Origin: TPA_inf: Saccharomyces
Taxonomy: Eukaryota
Direction: 5' to 3'
DNA: 64,000 nt
Assembly (NCBI GenBank): GCA_000146045.2
Contig: BK006938.2
Span: 512,001-576,000 of the forward strand
A model generated the notes under the pieces. It worked only from the letters and a program-made list of their open reading frames with translations. It searched no databases and was not told the origin of the DNA. Shown here piece after piece: positions 1-11,210 of the stretch. The translations under genes were made by a program, and so were the position numbers. Each line of letters begins with the position of its first letter. Position 1 is the stretch's first letter.

Positions 1-109
1 AACCACTGTCTAGTGAAGCTGGAGAAAGATAACTACCCGGTGGGGACAAAACCTTAGCCAGTTCTCTATCCTCTGGAGAATTTTCATCCAAATTGACAGA
101 TTCGAACAT
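1..109 (-). CDS. LYS14: N-terminal fragment (first ~36 codons, MFESVNLDENSPEDRELAKVLSPPGSYLSPASLDSG) of the zinc-cluster transcriptional activator of lysine biosynthesis; the gene continues beyond the window start
   Basis: The reverse complement of 1..109 opens with ATG at 109 and an uninterrupted frame running to the window edge. The peptide matches my memory of the Lys14 N-terminus, and the position is consistent with LYS14 lying centromere-proximal of the Ty/tRNA cluster on chrIV. Confidence 0.5.
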   Translation of the reverse strand, partial: MFESVNLDENSPEDRELAKVLSPPGSYLSPASLDSG

Positions 110-1003
110 TATTGCCAGAAAACAGATCTTATACCAAAATGATGAGAGAAGGAAGAAACAGGGAGATAAGGACTAAAAAGGAAAATTTATCTAGCAACGT
201 TCACAGCAATTCCTGTAGCTACGTGATGACCTCTGCTGGGCTTTTCTTATTCGCCTAGACTGAAGTGATGCAGAACAATAAGCATTCTAATCGGCCTATG
301 GTTATGATTTTGAAATTCCTGAGGAAATTTTTCCACTGTCATTTCTTCCAATTGAGTCACGTCGCGTCCTCGTAGGCAATGATGTGCAACTTGAAGCGCG
401 GAATTCACGGCTAAGAAGGTGTCGTTTTATTCATACCGTGCTGTAACGCTGTTTGGTCATCGTTTCCTTGTGTTATCAAATAAGTGAGGCCCTGTCTCTG
501 TGATCTATACCAGCAGTCGCCTAATTTCGTAATACGTTATTGTAGACAACAATTTCTTGAAAAAGAGAGAATGTGTCTGGCTTGCAGGAAAAGAAGATGG
601 TGACATATGCTTAGACGAGATTGTACATTCTGCATAATATAGCGAGTCAGAGCACATGTTTAGACAATATCTGATTTAAATTTCAAAATTAGGGATGTAT
701 ATTCTAAATGTTTATGCGCTTAATACTATCGATGATTTCTGAATGGTTGCCTGTTTCAATGAATCCTTTAGAATAAAGAACATTTTTGAGCATTGTGTAA
801 TTTATTTAGCAAGGAGTAAAAGCCAAGCGTATATTATGGTGATTTTTTTTATCATGCTTTTGAGTAACGGGTAATGACATACATTAGTGACATATGCTAG
901 AAATTATCCTCAGATTTTAGAAGGCTACTTCAAAATGTTGATAATAACCATAAATAATATTATAATTTTTTTCTTCTTTTCCTTTTCAGGAGTAGGTAAA
1001 TAT

Positions 1004-1265
1004 TGAGGTAATTCTTGAGTTTCAATGTTGGTAAAAGACTATAGCATTGGGTATACAGAGTTTACTAGAACACCTCCTCAGGGATATAGGAATCTGCACA
1101 AGGGAATTGACATTTCAAACATTTCAAGTAATATTGTTATTTTTCTTTTCATTTTATGTGTTGTCAGTCATTAACCTATCATATTATCAATCACTGCATT
1201 CAGATTCCATTAGATTTGATGGCAGTTTCTCAATCTTTATGTGCTCTTCTTACACCATTGAGAAA
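1004..1265 (-). repeat. Diverged, truncated Ty1/Ty2 delta (LTR) fragment, interrupted at its distal end by insertion of the next delta
   Basis: Aligns by eye to a minus-oriented delta: tgaggtaattcttgag...ggtatacagagtttactagaacacctcctcagggatataggaatc versus canonical tgagataattgttggg...ggtatgtagatatactagaagttctcctcgaggatttaggaatc. It stops abruptly where a new delta start (tgagaaatgggtgaatgttgag) begins. Confidence 0.6.
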
Positions 1266-1590
1266 TGGGTGAATGTTGAGATAATTGTTGGGATTCCATT
1301 TTTGATAAAGGCTATAATATTAGGTATATAGGGTATACTAGAAGTTCTCCTCGAGGGTCTAGGAATCCCCATAATGGAATCTATATTTCTATATACCAAT
1401 ATTAAGATTATTCCTCATTCCGTTTTATATGTTTCATTATCCTATTACATTATCAATCCTTGCACTTCAGCTTCCTCTAACTTCGATGACAGCTTCTCAT
1501 AACTTATGTCATCATCTTAACACCGTATATGATAATATATTGATAGTATAACTATTAGTTGATAGACGATAGTGGATTTTTATTCTAACA
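1266..1590 (-). repeat. Solo delta LTR (~325 bp, minus orientation) inserted into an older delta
   Basis: Begins with the reverse complement of the delta 3-prime end (TGAGAAATGGGTGAATGTTGAGATAATTGTTGGGATTCC) and ends with tattctaaca, the reverse complement of TGTTAGAATA at the delta 5-prime end. Full-length LTR similarity to the Ty LTRs at 1689-2020 and 7317-7647. Confidence 0.75.
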
Positions 1591-1688
1591 ACCATATATA
1601 ATAATATACCAGTAACACGAATAGTACTTAATAGACGATATTTATATAATAGTGTCCTTCTTCCTAAGATTATATGATGCACAAGAAA
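1591..1688 (-). repeat. Short delta-like remnant (matches only the terminal ~50 nt of a delta) between the solo delta and the Ty insertion
   Basis: accatatataataatataccagtaacacgaatagtacttaatagacgata resembles caccgtatatgataatatactagtaacgtaaatactagttagtagatgata. It ends at the AGAAA target-site duplication. Confidence 0.35.
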
Positions 1689-2020
1689 TGTTGAGAATGT
1701 GGATTTTGAGATAATTGTTGGGATTCCATTTTTAATAAGGCAATAATATTAGGTATGTAGATATACTAGAAGTTCTCCTCGAGGATTTAGGAATCCATAA
1801 AAGGGAATCTGCAATTCTACACAATTCTATAAATATTATTATCATCATTTTATATGTTAATATTCATTGATCCTATTACATTATCAATCCTTGCGTTTCA
1901 GCTTCCACTAATTTAGATGACTATTTCTCATCATTTGCGTCATCTTCTAACACCGTATATGATAATATACTAGTAACGTAAATACTAGTTAGTAGATGAT
2001 AGTTGATTTTTATTCCAACA
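1689..2020 (-). repeat. Ty 3-prime LTR (delta)
   Basis: On the plus strand it reads tgttgagaatgtggattttgagataattgttgggattcc ... tagttgatttttattccaaca. It is followed internally by the polypurine-tract complement taccaccca, and has near-identity to 7317-7647. Confidence 0.85.
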
Positions 2021-2042
2021 TACCACCCATAATGTAATAGAT

Positions 2043-5000
2043 CTAATGAATCCATTTGTTAGTTAATAGTTTAAATGTTTTTATCGGAAGAGGTTTTGTC
2101 ATCACATCAGCAATGTTCTTCTTGGTCTCGATGTAGTATACGTATAAATTATTACCTGATACTTCATCTCTAAGTCTCATTGCCTTTGTGCCAAAAAATC
2201 TGTTTCTAAATTTCTCTTCATTTGTAGACTTAATTATACTGATCGTTGATCTACTATCAGTAAGTAAGCCTTTAATAATTGGTTTCTTGTTAAGTTCTTG
2301 CACAAGGTGACTGAGGTTATTCAATAGCGGTATAGCTTCACTGACTGCGTGTATTTCTGCTTCTGTAGTTGAAGTGCATGTTAACGAAGCCTTTGTCGAC
2401 TTTCCTCCAATCACTTTTCCGTTGAGTAGGAAAATGTTACCAATTTGTGACTTGTAATATGGTTGGTTACCATATGAAGCATCGCTTATTGCGACTAGTT
2501 TATTATCTGGCTTGGTAGGTTTGTTTTTGTGCCATATTAATTGTTTATCTCTAGTGTCCCACATGAATTGTATTAACTCATATGTCATGTCTAAAACTTG
2601 CCTAGAGGGGAATAGTATATGTTGAGCAAGTGTGTTGATGTAGTATAGTAAGTCAAATCTAAATTTATATCCAACATATGAAGCTAGACCAATCAACTTT
2701 TGCATTTCATGTACTTTCTCTTTATATTCATCTTCATCTATTTCTAGTTCATCCTGGTCTATATAATGACCTGGTTGACCTGGAGCTCTAAGTTTCTTTC
2801 CTTTTGGGTTCAAAGGTACGTTTAGTTTGGGTAATTTTTCTGTCAAGGATTTTTCCATACCTAATTTCATGTACTTGCTTCTTTGATATTTGATCTCTAA
2901 TCCAAGTATGTCGTACTGAATTTCGTTATCACCTTCACCCAGATTTATTATCTTTGTATCGTATTGTTTCTTGAGTGTTGTTATGATTTTCTTATTTGCA
3001 TTTAAGTCTTTGCTGAATAATATCATATCATCAACGAATAAGCAAATTGTTACTTGACTATTCTTAAATACGCATGACCATCCGCGAACTTCTTGCATGT
3101 CGCAACAATTTATTAAATATGATTTAATGGTTTCATACCAGTTTGCACCACTTTGTTTCAAACCATAGAGTGATTTTCTCAAACGTAGTAACTTATCATT
3201 CAAACCTAAATGTGGTGGAGGTCTTATGTATAATTCTTCTTTGATATCAGCATATAAGTAAGCAGAGGATATGTCCAGCTGTGTGATATAATAGTCATTG
3301 TCTAATGCGATTGACAATGACGTCATCAGTGCATAGTGATGTACGGTATTGGATTGCATATCAGAATCATATGTATCGGGGTGTTGAATGTCGCCTCTTG
3401 CAACAAATCTAGCTTTGTGTGTACCATCACGTTTTTTGTTAAATATAAACATTGAGTTTATTACTTTCTTAGGATCTATGTCATTTCTATCATAATATTT
3501 GTTTGTATCCCAAGTGTTCATTCTCAATAGTTGGTTAATTTCTTTATGATAAGCTTCAATATATCTGTCTTTTTCTTTGTTGTCTTCATTATATGTAATT
3601 GCTTCATCATATCTTAAGGTCGTTCGAACTGGTTTGATTGATTTTACTCCTTTTATTGCAGCAATTAGATTTATACGTTTCTTCGATCTTGGTGGTTCCA
3701 GACTTCTCATATTCTTATTATTCCATGTGTCTCGGGATACCTCAATTTCAGTTTCATTATCTTCTAATGATCTTTTCTTACTTTTGGTAGTAGTCAGAAC
3801 ATTAGAATCATCCATACCACCCAAACTGGAATTAGTCTGACGAGAGTGTATGTGTGGAATATCTTTTGAAACATCAGAAGTGTCCGTAGGAGATTTATTA
3901 GTTAAGTCAGGAAGTGGGAGGTCGTCAAGAATAGAATCAGCCGTAACATTTTTTGAGGATTTGTCAGGCATTATATTAGGAGTCGCATGGTCAGAAGATC
4001 GATATTCTGGCGGATCCGTATCAATGGAGGGTGTATTATCGCATGCAGCCTTTGTTTCTATGGAGATGATGGGAGTAGTGGATTCACTGTTGGACGAACG
4101 GTCATCTATTGAGGGCGTACTATTTGTAGTCCTGTATTTGATATTTGTATCACTATTTCGTTGAATATATGGTTCCTCCGTACCACCCAAACGTGTAGTT
4201 TTGATGTTTTCAAGTCCATAATTAACTCTATCCTGTGAGGTCAAATCAATCATATCATTGGGACTACCAGGTCGCTTTTGGTTTCGTGCAGTGAAGGTAG
4301 ACGAGTGTCTAGGTGAAGTAGTATCTGATTCAATGGTACCACCCATTTCGGTACTCTCTTTATTAATGATATGGGGTGTACGAGATCGTATAGTAGATGG
4401 AAGAATATTGTATTCAGATATGTCGGCATCAACTTCTTTTGGTGCACGTACTTTTTGGACTGGTTCCTTGTCTAATTGTAAAGGGTTTATTGATTGGGAC
4501 GAGAAGTCGTTCACTAGAGGATCAGAGTTTATTTCAATCTCCGATTGATAGTCATGATCAGATTCTGTATTTTGATCATATGACTGCTCTGTTTCATTTT
4601 TTTCAATAAAAGATTGGTTATGGGCTGTTAAACGATTGAGATCATCATCAAAGGTGAGTGTATCATAATTGAATTGGTCCAATTTGGATTGCTTGTCTTG
4701 TAATATAACGTAATTGGTAGTATCTACTGTCTTTTTTAATGATGGAAGATAGATAATATAGCCATAAGAGTTTCGTGACGGATGTAAGGCGTAACCTGGA
4801 ATGCCACGAGGATGTATTTTCGAGTCGGGATTATGGTTGTTAACTATAACCGGTTGACCGAAAGGTAGTATAGTAGTAATGTCCAGTCCAGCTAAACCTG
4901 CATGTTGTCTTGCAGATTTATCGTTTTTTGGTGAGACTAATGAATTTCTGATTATAGTAGAAAATTCGACTGCTGAGAACCATAGATGATTTGGTAGACC

Positions 5001-6083
5001 ACTGCAATGAAGCAGTGTGCGACAATCGTTTAATAAAGTACGATTTAATCGTTCAGCGACACCGTGTGCTCTAGAATCTGCCGTGGTTGTATAGCATGCA
5101 GTAATACCTCTGTTCGTAAAGAACTTATGAAGAGTTTTGTTAGTGTACTCGGAGCCACGATCCATCTGGATAACTAGAACGCGAGCATTGAATTGGTTCT
5201 TAATAAATGCTAATATCGATGTAAAAACATTGAGGATAGATTCTTCACGACGGTCGTGTAATGGGTACACCCATTGGAATCTGGTTTTCTCATCTGTAAA
5301 CGATATAAAGTAAGAAGGTGCACTTTTCGGTAAGTGATGTACAGGACCAAATATATCGGTATGCAAGTACTGAAAAGGCTCATATGATTCTTGGTACTTT
5401 AGTCGTGATCCTTTGACATGTCTATGTTTCGTGCTTTTGCCGATTAGACAGTCAGGACATTGATATGTGCTAGCGTTAGACCATTCAATATCCGATTCCT
5501 TCAAATATGTAACTGCATTCTTCTTAAGAGACTTCTGAATACTTCGGAAGTTAGCATGTCCAAGCATTCGATGTATTAACGGATATGGATATTTATTTAC
5601 GCTTTTGCTTTTGTTGACGTTGTTTATTGTTAGCTTTGAAATGTGCGAAGGAATTAGGTATTTTTTAGATAACCAGTAAAAGTCTCCATGTTTGACTATG
5701 GGAGCTAGTACTGTACCATCCGATCTTTCTAAAGTGTTTCTGGTAAAGCAGGCAGTAATATTTTGATTAGCCAGCTCACTCAAACTTAATAGATCATAGG
5801 CTATGTTTGGTGTGTGTAGTGCTTTTATTGATGTTTTGGTGCCGTTCTGAAAGTTGAAGTGAAGATTACCAATGGCATTTATAGGAATGTCTTGTTTTTG
5901 AGCATCGACTATGTTTATTTCAGAATTGGGTGTTGCATGGTGTAAATAATGGGCTGATCTGACAAGCGTTTGCGAAGCTCCTGAATCAATAAGAAGGTGA
6001 TCAGGTAGTTCGTCATTCGAGTCTATTGTGTGTGTTGGCTTAGATTCTTTCTGTTGCTGGCCTAAGACTAAGTTCGTTGTCAT
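2043..6083 (-). CDS. TYB: Ty2-type TYB Pol frame (protease, integrase, reverse transcriptase, RNase H). It is expressed only as a Gag-Pol fusion via +1 frameshift, so the true product joins TYA 7356..6064 to this frame
   Basis: Uninterrupted 1346-aa frame overlapping the TYA 3-prime end by 44 nt. It contains the retroviral-like protease region DSGAS, the integrase zinc-binding/DDE region and the RT YVDDM motif (FVDDMILFS). Confidence 0.85.
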
Positions 6084-7356
6084 CGCTTAAGTATTGTGAT
6101 GAAACGGTTGATTCATTAATGTGATCATTGTTCACCCTTGAGAATTTACTAGATGTAGCAATATTGTGAGCTTTTGCTGCTCTTGGTTTTGAACTATTTG
6201 TTCTCTGATAATTACGAGTTGTAACCTTTGTGTTAGTCGTGTTTGGAGATGTGCGAGAAACATTTTTGTATTCGCTGTGTTGTTTGTATTGGGACGGTTT
6301 ATTTAGATTCATGATTTTATTTTCGTCATATATTAATTGAATTTCAGCGAATAATTGGGAAAGTTTCATGTTCGTTTTGGTACGATATTGATTACGTAGG
6401 TATTTGAAGTCACCGGATAGACCTTTAAGTATTAGTTGACAGGCCAATCTGTCGCTAACATTGATATTGTTTTCTTTTAGCCTCTGAATGATCGTACTGA
6501 CTGTAATTTCAAATGTATCAGCAGATGTACTTCCGTCGTACTCAAGGTTGGCAAGAGCTATCCAATCCTTTAATTCTTGATTGTTAGTTTGCATTTTGGA
6601 CACACTTTTACAAAGGACTGTAAGGATGTCAGCATAATTAATTTCTAAAATTTGTTTTACCCATGTTGGCAATAAATGAAATGGGGCAAATGCTTGGAAG
6701 GTATTGTATATATACGCATGTTCTTCATAAGTCATTTGTCTTTTGATTTCACCCTGGTCATTTGGAATGATGTCACCGAGATTAGAGTTCTTCAAAAATC
6801 TGATGTAAAATTTAACCCATGTAGAAAAGTTTTCTTCTGATGTTAAAGTGTGTGGTGGTAAGACGTTATTTCCCACCTTTGTCTTAGCTTGAGGTATTTC
6901 AGAGTGTTGATTTTTTAAATCGATTGGATCAGGTGAGGAAGTACTCAGTGGTGGGATATACTGTGGCAACGGATAGTGTGGGTCCGGTTGATAATACGCA
7001 GGTGACGTTTGATAATGTGAACACGTCATCATAGATGGTTGTTGGTAATGTGCCCAGTTAGAGGCCATAGCTTTGTTTGGGGTCATCATGCCGTGCTGTT
7101 GGTACTGTCCATTCTGTGGAGGTGGTACTGAAGCAGGTTGAGGAGAGACATGATGATGGTTCTCTGGAACAGCTGATGTCCCAGGTGTTGTCTCTTGTTG
7201 AGAATTAACCTTAGTGGAATCTCTATCAAATTCCGGTAAATTGGAAGCTGAAACGGCTAACGGATCTTGATTTGATGGGACTTCCTTAGAAGTAACCGAA
7301 GCATAGGCGCTACCATGAAGATTGGGTGAATTTTGAGATAATTGTTGGGATTCCAT
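6040..7356 (-). CDS. TYA: Ty2-type TYA Gag capsid protein, 438 aa
   Basis: ORF-track 438-aa ORF. The start lies in the 5-prime LTR. The C-terminus ...[10 protein letters not shown] stops just after the CTTAGGC frameshift heptamer. Confidence 0.9.
6060..6066 (-). other. +1 programmed ribosomal frameshift heptamer CUU-AGG-C between TYA and TYB
   Basis: The minus strand reads CTTAGGC. The TYA frame continues LRPATERI-stop, and the +1 frame continues [11 protein letters not shown], matching the start of the TYB frame in the ORF track. Confidence 0.8.
7307..7316 (-). other. Ty primer-binding site TGGTAGCGCC, complementary to the 3-prime end of initiator tRNA-Met
   Basis: Plus-strand ggcgctacca sits directly internal to the 5-prime LTR. 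This is the established Ty1/Ty2 PBS sequence. Confidence 0.75.
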
Positions 7357-7647
7357 TTTTAATAAGGCAATAATATTAGGTATGTAGATATACTAGAAGT
7401 TCTCCTCCAGGATTTAGGAATCCATAAAAGGGAATCTGCAATTCTACACAATTCTATAAATATTATTATCATCATTTTATATGTTAATATTCATTGATCC
7501 TATTACATTATCAATCCTTGCGTTTCAGCTTCCACTAATTTAGATGACTATTTCTCATCATTTGCGTCATCTTCTAACACCGTATATGATAATATACTAG
7601 TAACGTAAATACTAGTTAGTAGATGATAGTTGATTTTTATTCCAACA
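7317..7647 (-). repeat. Ty 5-prime LTR (delta); the TYA ATG at 7356 lies inside it, as in Ty1/Ty2
   Basis: Direct repeat of 1689-2020. It abuts the PBS on its internal side and the AGAAA TSD on its external side. Confidence 0.85.
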
Positions 7648-7742
7648 AGAAAAATACAATCTTCGAAAGTCATCCTCCCTTGAATATTCTTTCTTACCTA
7701 AACGAATAAGAACAGAATCTGAAAACAGGCAAGTGATTTTAC

Positions 7743-7826
7743 GGAGGGTTGGCCGAGTGGTCTAAGGCGGCAGACTTAAGATCTGTTGGACGGTTGTCCG
7801 CGCGAGTTCGAACCTCGCATCCTTCA
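7743..7826 (+). tRNA. tRNA-Leu, anticodon UAA (type II, long variable arm)
   Basis: GGAGGGTTGGCCGAGTGGTCTAAGGCGGCAGACTTAAGATCTG...GAGTTCGAACCTCGCATCCTTCA. The acceptor stem GGAGGGT pairs with ATCCTTC. The anticodon loop CTTAAGA gives UAA. B-box GTTCGAACC, followed by a T-rich terminator. The Ty LTR ends 95 bp upstream. Confidence 0.85.
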
Positions 7827-7900
7827 ATAACTTATTTTTTTCCTCAATCTTCGATATTAGACATTTTTTTTTTCCTATGCCTCCCTTTTCCAAGTAATGT

Positions 7901-7922
7901 TTTTTTTTTTTTTTTTTTTTTT
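7901..7922. repeat. Poly(dT)22 homopolymer tract
   Basis: Uninterrupted run of 22 T at 7901-7922, about 75 bp downstream of the tRNA-Leu. Confidence 0.9.
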
Positions 7923-8182
7923 AGCTCCTCTCACAAAAGTACTGAGGACTGAAATGTAAAAACTAATAACACAATAGAAATAATCATATGATGATATAGA
8001 AAAGAAGAGAGGAGACAATCATAATATTATACGAACTCATGGCTTTCCTTATGGGAAATTCTACATTCTCGATAGTGACCCTGGTATATTCAATATACTT
8101 AGGAATAACTGTCTTTCATAACAATGGCGGCCATACGATTACCGTATTATCCACCTATTCTTGATATTAAACTGGAAATTCT

Positions 8183-8476
8183 GTGAATTTTGTGATAATT
8201 GTTGGAATTCCATTGTTAATAAAGGCTATAATATTAGGTATACAGGGTTTACTAGAAGTTCTCATCGAGGATTTAGGAATCCTCAAAATGGAATCTATAT
8301 TTCTACATGCTAATGTTACGATTATTCCTCATTTCGTTTTATATGTTTCATTATCCTATTACATTATCAATCCTTGCATTTCAGCTTCCTCTAACTTCGA
8401 AGCTTTCCATAACTTCTGTCATCATCTAATACCGTATATGATAATATATTGATAGTATGACCACTAGTTGATACAC
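8183..8476 (-). repeat. Delta LTR (minus orientation), truncated or interrupted near its end by a second delta
   Basis: gtgataattgttggaattccattgttaataaaggctataatattaggtatacagggtttactagaagttctcatcgaggatttaggaatcc ... ccgtatatgataatatattgatagtatgaccactagttgatacac. Delta-like throughout. Confidence 0.7.
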
Positions 8477-8808
8477 TGTTGGAATAAAAACCAACTATCA
8501 TCTACTAACTAGTATTTATGTTACTAGTATATTATCATATACGGTGTTAGAAGATGACACAAATGATGAGAAATAGTCATCTAAATTAGTGGAAACTGAA
8601 ACGCAAGGATTGATAATGTAATAGGATAATGAAACATATAAAACTGAATGAGGAATGATCGTAATATTAGCATGTAGAAATATAGATTCCATTATGGGGA
8701 TTCCTATATCCTGGAGGAGAACTTCTAGTATATCTACATACCTAATATTATTGCCTTATTAAAAATGGAATCCCAACAATTACATCAGAATCCGCACAAT
8801 TATCATAG
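8477..8808 (+). repeat. Delta LTR in plus orientation, nested in or adjacent to the minus-oriented delta
   Basis: Starts TGTTGGAATAAAAACCAACTATCATCTACTAACTAGTATTTATGTTACTAGTATATTATCATATACGG and continues to ...AATGGAATCCCAACAATTACATCAGAATCCGCACAATTATCA. The end point is uncertain to within ~15 bp. Confidence 0.7.
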
Positions 8809-8838
8809 ATGATAATGGATTTTTATTCCAACAATCAG
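8809..8838 (-). repeat. Terminal ~30 nt of a minus-oriented delta (tagatgataatggatttttattccaaca), plausibly the displaced end of the delta at 8183-8476
   Basis: Matches the ...tagtagatgatagttgatttttattccaaca end of the other minus-oriented LTRs. Confidence 0.5.
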
Positions 8839-8971
8839 CATGCCTTTTGTATTTCTGTAAAGAAGAGTAAACCATAACCTAAGTCAATATCAAATTTAGG
8901 ATTGATGAATTTTCTACTCAAAATGCTTTGTTCAAGAAGGTACGAAAGAAGGTTCCAATCGTCCATTTTAG

Positions 8972-9043
8972 GGTCCTATAGTGTAGTGGTTATCACTTTC
9001 GGTTTTGATCCGGACAACCCCGGTTCGAATCCGGGTAGGACCT
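8972..9043 (+). tRNA. tRNA-Gln, anticodon UUG
   Basis: GGTCCTATAGTGTAGTGGTTATCACTTTCGGTTTTGATCCGGACAACCCCGGTTCGAATCCGGGTAGGACCT. The acceptor GGTCCTA pairs with TAGGACC. Anticodon loop TTTTGAT. B-box GGTTCGAATCC, followed by a T-run. Confidence 0.85.
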
Positions 9044-9313
9044 TTTCTATTTTTTAACCCTCTTGTTTTATTTTTCTTTCTTGGCTTTGAATTGCACAGC
9101 CCCTCGCATTTTTTTTCGATACCCTGAAAAAAGGAAAAAGGCGAAGAAATAAGGGCAATTTCTATTTAAAAATTATACAAGCTCGATTTTTCATTTTCTC
9201 CTTCCCCTCTCGCCCCTCCCAGTTTTCAACTGTATTTAAATGTTTCTCAGTTATGTTGTGAATTAAAATAATCCTAATTGTCAACTAAAAAAGTCTAAGT
9301 TAGCAATACCAAA

Positions 9314-9469
9314 ATGAGGCATCATCAAAATATGCATTATGCCCCACAACAACAACCAGTCTATGTCCAACAGCCTCCTCCTCGGAGAGAATCCGGTGGT
9401 TGCTGTAGAACCTGTTGTCACTTCCTATGTTGTCTATGTTTAATTAACCTATGTTGTGACGTTTTTTAA
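9314..9469 (+). CDS. YDR034W-B: 51-aa Gln/Pro-rich N-terminus plus Cys-rich C-terminal CYSTM-module small protein (MRHHQNMHYAPQQQPVYVQQPPPRRESGGCCRTCCHFLCCLCLINLCCDVF)
   Basis: ATG at 9314, stop TAA at 9467-9469. It lies below the 60-aa ORF-track cutoff. CCxxCC...CC architecture is typical of CYSTM tail-anchored proteins. The position upstream of ARO3 matches my memory of YDR034W-B. Confidence 0.6.
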   Translation: MRHHQNMHYAPQQQPVYVQQPPPRRESGGCCRTCCHFLCCLCLINLCCDVF

Positions 9470-9662
9470 TTCTAATCGACAGCTAAAAATTAGTATGGAA
9501 AGAACATCATATTTAGCCGCTGAAAAAAAAGAAGCAGCTGCGTATCTTCTCAAATTTATGCGTACATAGTGACATATATTTAAAAGCTTCCTCACTTTCC
9601 TTTTTTATATTTTTTCATTGCTCAAGTATTAGTCACATCGGAAAGTATGCTTGCTGCATTAA

Positions 9663-10928
<1,266 letters not shown>

Positions 10929-11210
10929 CCTGTAAATGAGGGAAAAATGCAAATAATCTTGAATGATACTCAAAACTTTTGATTTATTGTAATTTCTTTC
11001 TGAACCATATTTATTACATTCAAACTTTTTTTTTTTTGCCTTTTATAAAAAAAAATACTTATAAGAAAAGAGAAAGAAAATGACAGTTTTCTATGTATCA
11101 TTAAATAAACATCCATATACAAATATAGCGTTATGTTTTACTTTTATTATTTACATGCATAGAAGTGTTGGCAAAATTCTTTACGAGCCACGGGGCTGCT
11201 ATTTCAGGTT

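Larger units (their letters stand above)
1689..7647 (-). mobile_element. Full-length Ty1/Ty2-family (copia-type) LTR retrotransposon, ~5.96 kb, Gag of Ty2 type, flanked by a 5-bp target-site duplication AGAAA (1684-1688 and 7648-7652); ORFs appear intact
   Basis: Two ~330-bp direct LTRs with TG..CA termini (1689-2020 and 7317-7647). Identical 5-bp AGAAA immediately outside both LTRs. Internal ORFs are TYA (438 aa) and TYB (protease, integrase, RT, RNase H motifs in the 1346-aa frame) overlapping at the CTTAGGC frameshift site. A primer-binding site (PBS) lies next to the 5-prime LTR and a purine tract (TGGGTGGTA) next to the 3-prime LTR at 2021-2029. The 438-aa Gag beginning [43 protein letters not shown] matches my memory of Ty2 Gag rather than Ty1 Gag. 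Confidence 0.9.

Noticed and set aside
1047-1331. 94-aa ORF, and the 8183-8452 89-aa ORF
   Set aside because: Both lie wholly inside delta LTR sequence (chance open frames in AT-rich repeats). Their sequences are LTR-derived.
3577-4609. Several 65-104-aa ORFs inside the Ty element on the plus strand
   Set aside because: Antisense to the TYB polyprotein frame; typical spurious ORFs.
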